64,000 nucleotides of DNA from Octopus vulgaris (Eukaryota). This document shows, piece by piece, positions 1 through 13,025 of this stretch. The position numbers and the translations under genes are program-made. Under the pieces are notes generated by a model that saw only the letters and a list, made by a program, of their open reading frames with translations, had not been told where the DNA came from and searched no databases. Where the stretch lies: the NCBI GenBank assembly GCA_951406725.2, contig OX597833.1, forward strand, positions 31,620,001 to 31,684,000, written 5' to 3'. Position 1 is the stretch's first letter. Each line of letters begins with the position of its first letter.

Positions 1-1359
1 AGAGACGATTGCGCTGGTATGGTCATGTGGTGAGAATGGATGAAGATAGGTGTGTGAAAAAGTGCCACACCCTGGCAGTTGAGGGGACCTGTGGAAGAGG
101 TAGACCCAGGAAAACCTGGGTCGAGGTGGTGAAGCACGACCTTCGAACTCTAGGTCTCACCAAGGAAATGACCAGAGACCGAGACCTATGGAAGTATGCT
201 GTGCGTGAGAAGACCCGGCAAGACCAGTGAGAACAATCAAAATCAAATCATATATCAGAAAGCAGGGGTTAAGTGACCCATCTGTTCGTGTCCGCTGTCA
301 GCCTCGTCTGGCACCCGTGCCGGTGATATGTAAAAGCACCATTCGCTCATGGCCGTTTGCCAGCTCTGCCTGGCCCCGTGTCGGTGGCACGTAAAAGCAC
401 CATCCGTTCGTGTTCGTTGCCAGCCTCGCCTGGCCCCGTGCCGGTGACACGTAAAAGCACCGTCCGTTCGTGGCCGTTGGCCAGCTCTGTCTGGCCCCGT
501 GTCGGTGGCACGTAAAAGCACCATCCGTTCGTGGCCGTTTGCCAGCTCTGTCTGGCCCCGTGTCGGTGGCACGTAAAAGCACCATCCGTCCGTGTCCGTT
601 GCCAGCCTCGGCTGGCCCCCTGCCGGTGACACAAAGCACCGTCCGCTCGTGGCCGTTGCCAGCTCTGTCTGGCCCGTGTCGGTGGCACGTAAAAGCACCA
701 TCCGTCCGTGTCCGTTGCCAGCCGCGGCTGGCCCCCGTGCCGGTGACACGTAAAAGCACCATCCGTTAGTGGCCGTTTGCCAGCTCTGTCTGGCCCCGTG
801 TCGGTGGCACGTAAAAGCACCATCCGTCCGTGTCCGTTGCCAGCCTCGGCTGGCCCCCGTGCCGGTGACACGTAAAAGCACCGTCCGCTCGTGGCCGTTT
901 GCCAGCTCTGTCTGGCAACCGTGTCGGTGGCACGTAAAAGCACCATCCGTCCGCGTCCGTTGCCAGCCTCGGCTGGCCCCCGTGCCGGTGACACGTAAAA
1001 GCACCGTCCGTTCGTGGCCGGTTACCAGCTCTGTCTGGCCCCGTGTCGGTGGCACGTAAAAGCACCATCCGTTCGTGTCCGTTGCCAGCATCGCCTGGCC
1101 CCGTGCCGGTGACACGTAAAAGCACCATCCGTTCGTGGCCGTTCGCCAGCTCTGTCTGGCACCTGTGCAGGTGGCACGTAAAAACACCCACTACACTCGC
1201 GGAGTGGTTGGCGTTAGGAAGGGCATCCAGCCGTAGAAACACTGCCAGATCTGACTGGGCCTGACGAAGCCTTCCAGCTTCACAGACCCCAGTTGACCCG
1301 TCCAACCCATGCTAGCATGGAAAACGGACGCTAAACGATGATGATGATGATGATGATGA
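1..1359 (+). mobile_element. 3' end of RTE-clade LINE: C-terminal ORF (9-230) plus 3' UTR with tandem array and (GAT)n tail
   Basis: RWYGHV.RM...G...RGRPRKTW motif typical of the RTE ORF C-terminus; ends ...GGACGCTAAAC(GAT)n. Confidence 0.9.
280..1190 (+). repeat. ~15 tandem copies of a ~59-61 bp unit in the RTE 3' UTR, largely alternating A/B variants
   Basis: Recurring GCCAG..CTGGC CCCGTG(T/C)CGGTG(G/A)CACGTAAAAGCACC(A/G)TCCG. Confidence 0.95.
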
Positions 1360-1434
1360 TATTTATATATAGAAAACACACACACACATATATAAATTTA
1401 CCCAATAAATATCTGATTCATAATATATATTTGT

Positions 1435-1892
1435 TCTCATGATTGTGTGGTAGTGGTGGCGATGATAATTCTCTCTATGAATGCAGACAGACAGCGCTGT
1501 CGAAAGCGGCGGAGGAAGATAGTAGACTTTCCCTCGCTTCCTTTTACTCTCTATCTTTCTCTATCTATCTCTCTCCCATTTATAAACAACAAAAGATCTT
1601 GAGTGAGTTGAGAAAGAAAATATTTTTACACTTTTTAAACCCTTCGTTGTTATTCTCATTCACTCATTATTACTTTCTCCCTTCCTTTCACTTTCTCTCT
1701 GGGAGGAAAGAGAGAGATGGAGGAAGACAGGCAGATAATAGAAGCGATGGCGGCGGGGGAAAGATAATAGACGCTGTGAAACAACGTTATAGAGAGGTGA
1801 AAGGAAGGGAGGAAAGAGAGAGAGATGGAGAAAGACAGACACATAAAAGAATGAGAGTAGACTTTTTGCATTTCAGAATTATAATATAGAGA
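1435..1892. repeat. GA-rich interspersed repeat, second copy at ~6312-6840; possibly a non-autonomous Helitron/Helentron-like family
   Basis: Shared blocks (TTCTCATGATTGTGTGG; GGGAGGAAAGAGAGAGATGG...GAGAGTAGACTT; CATTTCAGAATTATAATAT); family assignment is inference. Confidence 0.55.
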
Positions 1893-1959
1893 CTAGCTGA
1901 AGGTGACCCGCTCTACGCACGGCTAAGAGTGTGGTTGTTACTTTCCATTGCTTCCTTTC

Positions 1960-2210
1960 GGCACGTAAAAAGCACCATCCGAACGTGGCCGATGGCAGCG
2001 CCGCCTTGACTGGCTTCTGTGCCGGTGGCACGTAAAAAGCACCCACTACACTCACGGAGTGGTTGGCGTTAGGAAGGGCATCCAGCTGTAGAAACACTGC
2101 CAGATCAGACTGGAACCTGGTGCATCCTCCTGGCTTCCCAGACCCCGGTCAAACCGTCCAACCCGTGCTAGCACGGAAAACGGACGTTAAACGATGATGA
2201 TGATGATGAT
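1960..2210 (+). mobile_element. RTE 3'-tail fragment (5'-truncated)
   Basis: GGCACGTAAAAAGCACC...TTAGGAAGGGCATCCAGCTGTAGAAA...GGACGTTAAAC(GAT)n. Confidence 0.85.
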
Positions 2211-3058
2211 TCTCCCTCTTTGTTTCTCTCTACTTTCTCTCTTACTTTCCCACTCTCTTACTCTTCCTTTCTCTCGGACTCTCCCTCGCTTTCTCTTTCT
2301 TTTATCTGCCTGTCTTCTTCCATCTCTACTCCCTGGAGCAAAAACACTGGGTGATGTTTTGGTTGTTGGACCAATGTATTAATGTAGCATTGTTTAATTG
2401 TTTGAAAACAAAAGAGGCAATGCATTTATTTCTAAAAAAAAAAAAAAAAACGTCCGCCAATGAGAAGACAGTTCATATTCGATTAGAGCACTCTGGGTAT
2501 AATCATAAAATTGAAAAATGGAATTTCAGTGGCGAATATTGTCGAGGTCTCTAAAAAAAAAAGTTTTTTTAACCTGCAGGAAGATAGTTTAAACCAAAAA
2601 AGGCAGACTGTAAACTCACATCTGCAATAGTGTATGAAATTAGAATTCACACCCAATCCAGTTTTGTAGAAAGAGTATCGCGATGTGAACACATGAGTTG
2701 GGAGTTTGACTGACAGAGGTTATATGGTAACACATGCCAGTCCTTTCGACACCACCTAAACATTAGAACAGTGTATAAAATGTAATTAACAACTCATTCA
2801 CTTTATGAATGTTTTATGTTGGCGAAGAAACAATAACTTGACAAAACCGTTCAATGGAGACGTAGAAGGAATCGGAAAATGAGGAAGAAAGAGACGAATG
2901 AGTTGGATCAAATGTTTGCAAATATCTTAACCCAATCTTCTTTATGAAACATGTTGTTTTTAATGTCTTTATTTTCAAGAATGAAGAGATAATCAAGACA
3001 TGCAGAAGAAACGACAATCATACAGTGAAAAGGATGGTGGAAGAAAGAGTAACAGACG

Positions 3059-4034
<976 letters not shown>

Positions 4035-4063
4035 ATTTTAATCCAAACGGGAAACAAAAAAAC

Positions 4064-4830
4064 AACAACAATGGAACAATTACAGTATTATTATTAATAG
4101 GCGCTCAGGAAATGGAAGCAGGGAGGTATGACGTTTCGAGCGGAGCTCTTCGTCGGAAACATAAAGAAGGAAGAGAGAGGAAAGAAAGATCCCGGAGCGG
4201 GCAACGGAGATAGAGAAAAAAACGACTGGTGTTAGGAGTAGCACATGGTGAAAGGCGGATGTTTACGATAACAAGAGCAAAGTGGGTTTTTAAAGGCAAA
4301 AGAGTGGAGACAAGGTTGGTAACGCAACAGATGTGTGTGTATGTGTGAGTGTGTGCGTGTGCGTGTGTGTATGTGTGTGTGTGAGGCGAGGTAAAAAAAC
4401 AAAAAATATATGTATGTGTTAGTGTGTGCGTCTGTGTGTAGGCGTGTGAGGTAGGGCGAGACGGTGGTCAGCATAGCAGCAGCATAGCAGACAAAGGTCA
4501 GTAGTGAGAAAAGGGAGGAAGGAGGAAGGGAGGGAGGGGAAGGGGTGGGGGCGTATGTAGCGTGCCAGCGTGTGTGGAGTAGTAGTGTGTGTGTGTGTCC
4601 AGTGTCGTGGTAGTATTAGTGGCGAGTAGATTGAATGTGTGTAAGAGTAATGTATATGTTTAAGCAATGTGTGTATATGTGTGCGCGTGTGTGTAACGAA
4701 AAAAAAGGGGGGGGTAGGAAAAAGACTCCAGCGGAGGGGAAGATGGAAGAGTGGTCCCGCGGAGACGGGCGTGGGAAAACCCAACGACAAGCGACATCCC
4801 AGGAACGGGCGGGAGGTCTCGTCGGGTCCA
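4064..4830 (-). mobile_element. Probable Penelope-like element terminal-repeat remnant with a degenerate minimal hammerhead (4128-4160)
   Basis: Minus strand CCGACGAA-GAGC-TCC-GCTC-GAAACGTCA resembles PLE minimal hammerheads, with a U4-to-C change. Confidence 0.5.
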
Positions 4831-4970
4831 AGGGCGAGGTGCATGCGGCGCGCATGCGTGCGCGAACCGGCGCAAGCGCGTGTGTGCGCGCGCCTGCGAG
4901 TGTGCGCGTACGTATGTGTGTGTGTGGATGTGTGAGTGTGTCTGTGTGTATGTCTGACATATATATATAC

Positions 4971-5001
<31 letters not shown>

Positions 5002-5002
5002 C

Positions 5003-5517
5003 AAATCAAATCAAATCAAATCAAAACAAATCAAAATAGATGAACATCAATGGAATTTGTATCTTTGTGGTACCAGTGCCGGTGGCACACAAGAAAATCA
5101 TCCGAACGTGGCCGTAGCCAGTACCGCATAGACTGGCCTCCGTGCTTTGGGGACGTAACAAACACCATCCGATCGTGGCCGTCCGCCAGCCTCATCTGGC
5201 ACCTGTGTCGGTGGCACATAAAAACACCATCCGAGCGTGGCCGTCTGCCAGCCTCGTCTGGCACCTGTGTCGGTGGCACATAAAAACACCATCCGAGCGT
5301 GGCCGTTCGCCAGCCTCGTCTGGCACCTGTGTCGGTGGCACATAAAATCACCCACTACACTCTCGGAGTGGTTGGCGTTAGGAAGGGCATCCAGCTGTAG
5401 AAACACTGCCAGATCTGACTGGCCTGGTGCAGCCTTCGGGCTCCCCAGACCCCAGTTGAACCGTCCAACCCATGCTAGCATGGAAAGCGGACGTTAAACG
5501 ATGATGATGATGATGAT
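5003..5517 (+). mobile_element. RTE 3'-UTR/tail fragment with ~5 repeat units
   Basis: (CAAAT)n spacer, 60-bp units, common tail and (GAT)n. Confidence 0.85.
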
Positions 5518-5540
5518 ATATATATATATACATATATACA

Positions 5541-5636
<96 letters not shown>

Positions 5637-5831
5637 TATACATATATATATACATATATATACATATATATATACATATATATACATATATATATACATA
5701 TATATACATATATATACACATATATATACATATATATACATATATATATACATATATATACATATATATATATATACATATATATATACATATACATATA
5801 TATACATATACATATATATACATATATATAT

Positions 5832-5862
<31 letters not shown>
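5517..5862. repeat. (TA)n/(TACA) microsatellite
   Basis: Direct reading. Confidence 0.95.
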
Positions 5863-6839
5863 AATAGTTAAGAAGTACATATTTCAAACCTGGAAAATTT
5901 TTCAAATTTACCGACAAATTTTTGTTAACGACGGTCGCCTTGAGCATACAAATAAATTCTTTAAATCTTTTATCCACGCAAAATAATAACAAATCTTCTG
6001 ATAAATAATATCTGTTATAATTGTGCGGTGGTGGTGGGAGATAATAATTCACCTTTCTGAAAGACCTGTGGTGGGAATATTTAAACTTTTGTGGCTGTCA
6101 TGTTTCGTCTATATAGATACAAACAGAAATACATTGAGAGACGCGTTGGAGAAGAAAGAGAGACGGCGGAGGTGTCAAACGTCGTTATATAGAGAGAAAT
6201 GGAGGGAAGGGGGAAAAGAGAGAGATTGGGGAAGAAAAGGTGATATATGAAAGAGAGGACTGAAAAATGAAATATTTTGAAACCTAAAGATGATTTGTTT
6301 TAAGAGAAAGATTCTCATGATTGTGTGGTGGTGGTGGTGGTGGTGGTGGCAATGATAATTCTCTCTATGAATGCAGACAGACGTAGAGAGAGAGAGAGAG
6401 AGAGAGTGACAGCGCTGGTGAAGGCGGCGGAGGAAAGATAGTAGACGCTATCAAGCGACATTATAGAGAGAATGTGAAAGGGAGGAAAGAGAGAGATGGA
6501 GGAAGACAGGCAGATAACAGAAGCGATGGCGGCAGGGGAAAGATAATAGACGCTGTGAAACGACGTTATAGAGAGGTGAAAGGAAGGGAGGAAAGAGAGA
6601 GAGATGGAGAAAGACAGACACATAAAAGAATGAGAGTAGACTTATCAAAGTGTGCTTTTTTGGCCCTAGCAATGATACCTTTTAAGATGGGGACTTCTAA
6701 CCTAGCCCACTTGCATCCTCACCTCATTTTACATGTCCCTGTCAATTTTGGAGTCAATCCAACAGGATCTAGTGGCCTTTAACCCGTTCTCAATGCCAAA
6801 ATCAGACAAACAAACTTTTGGCATTTCAGAATTATAATA

Positions 6840-7059
6840 TTTCCCTTCTTTCTCTCTCTGTCTCCCTCTTTTACGCTGTCTGCCATCCCCCCTCTTCCTT
6901 TGCTAAGAGCATTTTTAAGCCAGTGTCAGGCCGAAGAACGAAATGTTCCCAAGATAAGAGAGTCTTTCTAATCTAATGTTGTGGTTGAGCTGTTATTATT
7001 TATTTATTATTATTACTATTAGTGTTGTCCCTTTGATCCTCGGTCGAAAATTTGCTTAT

Positions 7060-7091
<32 letters not shown>

Positions 7092-7428
7092 CTATTTTCA
7101 GCTTCGCCTCGTATTGCATATTATTTCTCCATACAGGAGTTTTTTTTTTTTTTTTTTTTTTCAATGGCGGCCCATTTCCGCGGGGTTCCGCTATTTCCCT
7201 TCTTTCTCTCTCTGTCTCTCTCTTTTACGCTGTCTGCCATCCCCCCTCTTCCTTTGCTAAGAGCATTTTTAAGCCAGCCCGTCATATTCCCGTGTCAGGC
7301 CGAAGAACGAAATGTTCCCAAGATAAGAGAGTCTTTCTAATCTAATGTTGTGGTTGAGCTGTTATTATTTATTTATTATTATTACTATTAGTGTTGTCCC
7401 TTTGATCCACGGTCGAAAATTTGCTTAT

Positions 7429-7460
<32 letters not shown>

Positions 7461-7506
7461 CTATTTTCAGCTTCGCCTCGTATTGCATATTATTTCTCCA
7501 TACAGG

Positions 7507-7537
<31 letters not shown>

Positions 7538-7804
7538 CAATGGCGGCCCATTTCCGCGGGGTTCCGCTATTTCCCTTCTTTCTCTCTCTGTCTCCCTCTT
7601 TTACGCTGTCTGCCATCCCCCCTCTTCCTTTGCTAAGAGCATTTTTAAGCCAGCCCGTCATATTCCCGTGTCAGGCCGAAGAACGAAATGTTCCCAAGAT
7701 AAGAGAGTCTTTCTAATCTAATGTTGTGGTTGAGCTGTTATTATTTATTTATTATTATTACTATTAGTGTTGTCCCTTTGATCCTCGGTCGAAAATTTGC
7801 TTAT

Positions 7805-7836
<32 letters not shown>

Positions 7837-8021
7837 CTATTTTCAGCTTCGCCTCGTATTGCATATTATTTCTCCATACAGGGGTTTTTTTTTTTTCAAT
7901 GGCGGCCCATTTCCGCGGGGTTCCGCTATTTCCCTTCTTTCTCTCTCTGTCTCCCTCTTTTACGCTGTCTGCCATCCCCCCCTCTTCCTTTGCTAAGAGC
8001 ATTTTTAAGCCAGCCCGTCAT
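6840..8021. repeat. Tandem array of a ~355-375 bp unit (~3.2 copies)
   Basis: TTCCCTTCTTTCTCTCTCTGTCTC recurs at ~6841, 7195, 7571, 7930; units differ mainly in poly-T length. Confidence 0.95.
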
Positions 8022-8280
8022 TCCCGGTGCACCCGCCCTTTCCCACCCCCACCACCAATACCGGATATCTCTATATTTTTGCTCCATCTATACCGGATGT
8101 CGCTTCTCCCACCACCATTATAGGTGTCTACTCTTCGAACCCCCCTCTTCAATACGCTATTTCACCATGCATTACCCCTCTCTTGATATCCTACGTTCTA
8201 CTTGCCTAGAACCTGTCATCATTTCTCTGAACCACCCCTCCCCACTGGTGCTCCCCTATATTTCTGCCCCCCCCCCCCCC

Positions 8281-8512
8281 CATAAAAAGCACCATCCGGA
8301 CGTGGCCGATGCCAGACCCCTCTGGCACCTGTGCAGGTGGCACGTAAAAAACACCCACTACACTCGCGGAGTGGTTGGCGTTAGGAAGGGCATCCAGCTG
8401 TAGAAACACTGCCAGACTAGACTGGAGCCTGGGGCAGTCCCTAGCTCCCCAGACCCCGGTCGAAACCGTCCAACCCGTGCTAGCGCGGAAAACGGACGTT
8501 AAACGACGATGA

Positions 8513-8515
<3 letters not shown>
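8281..8515 (+). mobile_element. RTE 3'-tail fragment
   Basis: Same tail motif and (GAT)n end. Confidence 0.85.
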
Positions 8516-8549
<34 letters not shown>

Positions 8550-8689
8550 CATACATACACACATATATATATATATATATACATACACATATATAGATAT
8601 ACACATATATATACACATATATACATACATATACACATGTATACATACATATACACATATATACATACATATACGATCACCACCACCAC

Positions 8690-10902
8690 AACAACCCTCT
8701 TCTTTTCAGGCGCTGAATTGCACCCCTCCTCCCCACATCTTCCCAGTTTTCAGAGTTGGCACTGTCAATGTTGGTACACTGAAAGGTAGGTCTAGTGAGA
8801 TTATAGAGATGCTTGAAAGAAGACAGGTTGATGTATGCTGCATACAAGAGAGGTGCGTCAGCTAGGGTCCTCACAGGCAAGGCACATAGGTATAAAGTCT
8901 TCTGGCAAGGTAACATGGATGGGGTAGGGGGTGTAGGCATTCTCCTTGCAGAGAAATGGGTGGATAAAGTCATAGAGGTTGTCAGGGTTTGCGACAGAGT
9001 GCTTAAGCTCAGGTTAGTCCTACAGAGTGGCACAGCTACGATTATCTCCGCCTATGCCCCACATGCGGGGCTACCAAATGATCAGAAGGACCACTTTTAT
9101 GATACCCTTCTACAGGCTACCTCATCTTTGTGGGTAGAGACTTTAATGGGCATGTTGGGCGGGAATCGGGTATCTTCACTGGGGTACACAGTGGCCATGG
9201 TATTGGCACCAGAAATGATGAGGGAACTAGACTACTGGAATTCTGTGATGCATGTAACCTTTTAATCTGCAACAATAACTTCAGGAAACCTGACTGCCAC
9301 CTTATAACCTATCAGTCAGGAGACTCCGCTAGCCAAATAGACTTCATCCTCACCAGACAGCAGGATGCAGGGTCGCTCTTAAATACAAAGACCCTCCCGG
9401 GTGAAGAGTGTATCCCTCAGCATAGGCTAATCATTAGTGACTTTAGGCTTGAGGCCAGAAGGACTCCAAGAAACAGACCAATCCAGAAAAGAAGGATTTG
9501 GAAGCTAAAGAACCCTTCACATGGTCAGAGATTTAGGGACATCCTCATCAAGAAATTTGATGAGAGGGAAGAGGAGCTACAGACGTCGGACATAGAAGGT
9601 AGCTGGAAATTCCTACGGGACAGCTTGCTGAGTGCCACAGACCAAGTCTGTGGATGGTGCAAAGTCCCTTCCAGACCTAGAGTTATGTGGTGGTGGAATA
9701 GTGCAGTAGACAAAGCCATTAGTGCAAAGAAACAGGCCTGGAGAGCCTGGAGGGATGAGGGTAGCAGGGAACTGTACCAAGTAGCCAAAAGGGAGGCCGG
9801 GCGGCAGGTATACATAGCCAAAGATGTAGCAGAAAAGAAGAAGTTTGCCAATGCAAGGGGAGAAACTAGAAGTAGTTGATAGTTTCCGCTACCTGGGTGA
9901 CCAAGTTAGTAGTGGAGGTGGATGCTCAGAGAGTGTCACCACTAGAATACGAATAGCCTGGGCAAAGTTTAGAAAGCTCCTACCCCTACTGACGACAAAG
10001 GGTCTCTCACTCAGAGTGAAAGGTAGATTATATGATGCATGTGTGCGAACTGCCATGCTTCACGGCAGTGAAACATGGGTCGTGACTGCAGGGGACATGC
10101 GTAGACTTGAAAGAAATGAAGCTAGCATGATCCGCTGGATGTGTAATGTCAGTGTGAATGCACGACAGAGTGTAAGCACCCTGAGAGAAATGCTAGACAT
10201 AAAGAGCATCAGATGCGGTGTGCAAGAGCGACGCTTGCGATGGTATGGTCATGTACTGCGGATGGATGAGGAGAGATGTGTGAAGTGCCACTCCCAAACA
10301 GTTGAAGGAATCAGGGGGAGAGGTAGACCCAGGAAGACATGGGATGAGGTAGTCAAGCATGATGTCAGAGCGTTGGGCCTCACTGAGGCAATGGCGAAGG
10401 ACCGAGATCTCTGGAGATGTGCTGTGACTACAAAGACCTGGGCTGCTTCCGGCACCAGTTCCGCATAGCCCTTGCCCATTCAAAGTACCTTGGATCCCGG
10501 AACATCTCGCTGTGCTTGAGGAGACCTGTTGAGTCAAGTGCATGTACATGAACATCGAAACAAATATCAATGGAAATAGTAGTTGTGATACCTGTGCCGG
10601 TGGCACATAAAAAACACCATCCGAACGTGGCTGATGCCAGCTGGCTGGCTTCCGTGCCGGTGGCACGTTAAAAGCACCAACCGATCATGGCCGATGCCAG
10701 ACTCCCCCTGGCACCTGTGCAGGTGGCACGTAAAAAGCACCCACTACACTCGCGGAGTGGTTGGCGTTAGGAAGGGCATCCAACTGTAGAAACACTGCCA
10801 GATCAGACTGGAGCCTGGTGCAGCCCTGGCTTCCCAGACCGCGGTCGAACCGTCCAACCCGTGCTAGCGCGGAAAACGGACGTTAAAAGATGATGATGAT
10901 GA
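8690..10902 (+). mobile_element. RTE LINE with AP endonuclease and C-terminus but reverse transcriptase deleted
   Basis: [45 protein letters not shown]; jumps from KKKFAN to QGEKLEVVDSFRYLG at ~9852; tail with (GAT)n. Confidence 0.9.
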
Positions 10903-11143
10903 TATACACATATATACATACATATACACATGTATACATATATATATATATATATATATATAGAAAGAGAGAGAGAGAGAGTGGTTATATACTGTCAACA
11001 TAATGTGACAGTCCCATAAAGGGAATTACACCATCGCTATTTAGCCCTAGGAAGCATCGACGCTTCCCGTTGGCTTTGATGCATTTCCTGTGTCCTCATA
11101 TTTGCGAAGGGGAGGCACGCATCCGCACCAGCTAGGGCTAGCA

Positions 11144-11191
11144 CCTACAGACATGCATGTTTCTGAGTACATTGCTTGTCATCAGTCTAGG
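11144..11191 (-). ncRNA. Type I hammerhead ribozyme, copy 1 (one stem I mismatch)
   Basis: Minus: CCTAGA-CTGATGA-caagcaatgtactca-GAAA-CATGCATG-TC/TGTAGG; GUC triplet at 11152-11150. Confidence 0.75.
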
Positions 11192-11210
11192 GTAGCCAGT
11201 CCTGCTAGTT

Positions 11211-12869
11211 AAAATCTTTATTATAGGCCCGAATGAAGAGGGGACATAACAATACAATACAGGAATGGGGTACATATAACAAAAATACAGAAAGGAAGAT
11301 ATGAAATGAAATATTGATAATGAATTAACAGAAATGGCTTACGAGCCCCCCAAAGCTCAAAGTTTCATTTACAATTACAGTTGTACTATCTGGGGTGTTC
11401 GTCAGTAATGTAAACGAGTAATTCATCCTGTTCTATAACGCTGGGCAAACTGTCATATCGAACGTAGTGTGCTATGCACACAGCTTTTTTTTAAAACAAA
11501 TTTATTATTTTATTTACCGTCTCTTCATCCACAATTGCAGCCTTTATTTGGTTATCGTATATCCTCCGATTCAATTTCACTCGCGTTAGATTTTTCATTA
11601 TCGTTAATTTTTTCTCAATTTCTTTACCTTTTGTGTACAATATTACAGCTTTGAGATTTCTTCCTTTTGGTCTTCCTCCTTCCTTGCATACTTTCAGACA
11701 TTCTTCCACTTTTGTTGACCATTTTTCCCATTCTTCCCACCTTGAACCTCCACTCACTTTAGTTGCTGCATCTCTCCCTTCGTGTGTTCGATCCTCTGTC
11801 TCGTCAGCATGCTTCTTTTTAGTTTTTTTCTTTTTTTGGTCTTTGGGTGGTGATTCCACCTGTGTTCGCTTTCTATCCTCTTTTTCTTTAGTTCTTTCCT
11901 TTTCTTTCTCCTTCACTAACTCGTCCACATTATCTGTTGTCACGATTTCCTCTTCCGCTTGCAATTCCACATTCTCCTTTTCTAACTCCTCTGTCAAAGC
12001 CTCCATTCCTTCCTCCAGTGTTATCGTCTTCTCTTGTATTTTTCTTTGAGGACACACATCCTTCATGTGCCCTCTGCTCTTACATTTATAACACACTGGA
12101 GGTCTCTCCTCCACCACGACTCTCAGTCATGTCTCGTCGGGGAACATCAACTCCTCTGGGATGTTATACAAATCTGGCATGGCTATGTGGACTGAAGCTT
12201 GCACTGCATAACCTCACCAGTTTATTTCATTCGACTTTTCCACCTTAAGTATGTCCACGCTCTCTTTGCAGTTGTAGATTATTGCAGCTACTATTCTTTC
12301 GGTATCAAGTTCTGGTGGGATTTTGCTTATTCGTATCCTCACTGCTCTTTTTCCACAATAACTAGGAAGTAAAACCCATTTTTCCAATCTCAACACTGTC
12401 GTTGCATTTCTCTTCACTTTGTCTTCATTTTCAAAACGAACGTCTGCCGTAGCGTATTTTCTACCTCTATTGTAGAAGGTAGTTCTTCCTTTAATTTCCT
12501 GTAGACATTTCTCAATCTCTTCCACCACTGCTACTTCTATTCTCTTTGAGACCACATTCCATGTTCTGTATGTTATGATTTTTTTCTCCGCTTCTTTCAC
12601 TTCGTCTTCAGGTGGTGTAACCCTCAGACAGTCTCCTTCCTTCTTGAAGCTGTCGTAGTATTTCCTCAAATTTTCCTTCTCGACACTTATTTCTTCCAAC
12701 TGTAATTCGTTCGCAGCCAGGCCTTTGCCTGCTGCTCCCGCATAAGTTTGGGCTTGCATACCCAACAAAGAATCCAACAATTCAACACGACGCAACAGCT
12801 CTCAACAACAACAACCAACAAATCCAACTCACAACTGCAAAATTGAAAAACCGACACAAACACTTCCAA
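11211..12869 (-). mobile_element. ORF1-only (HAL1/Tx1-like) non-autonomous retroelement with 19-bp TSD
   Basis: TSD GTAGC(C/G)AGTCCTGCTAGTT at 11192-11210 and 12870-12888; AATAAA near 3' end; no RT ORF. Confidence 0.75.
11491..12759 (-). pseudogene. ORF1p/gag-like nucleic-acid-binding protein (~422 codons) with CCHC knuckle and two in-frame TGA stops
   Basis: ORFs 12214-12795 and 11491-12117 share one frame; linker reads INW*GYAVQASVHIAMPDLYNIPEELMFPDET*LRVVVEERPPVCYKCKSRGHMKDVC; VRIRISKIPPE resembles Tx1/L1 ORF1 RRM. Confidence 0.75.
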
Positions 12870-13025
12870 GTAGCGAGTCCTGCTAGTTGAGATACTTGAC
12901 AAGCCTTCGCAAAATATATATTTACAGTGAAATCTATTCACTGGTCACCGTAATTAGAAATATTGAATTTCTAAATGTCTCAGAGAGACATGAGCGGTGG
13001 TGGAGTGATAGAGTGGTTGTATACC

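Larger units (their letters stand above)
10982..12968 (-). repeat. Hammerhead-bearing structured repeat, copy 1 (10982-11210 plus 12889-12968), interrupted by an insertion
   Basis: Colinear and highly similar to 13261-13540. Confidence 0.85.

Noticed and set aside
280-1190. CRISPR-like array or protein-coding ORFs (310, 215, 179 aa)
   Set aside because: Head-to-tail units without unique spacers and no cas genes; ORFs are by-products of a stop-poor repeat
280-1190. Pistol ribozyme (CGTG..CACG-TAAAA resemblance)
   Set aside because: No room for P2 between the A-linker and the pseudoknot strand, and no conserved G-U cleavage junction identified
12127-12216. Selenocysteine or readthrough at two in-frame TGA codons
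   Set aside because: Simply explained by CGA/TGG-to-TGA mutation; no SECIS recognised
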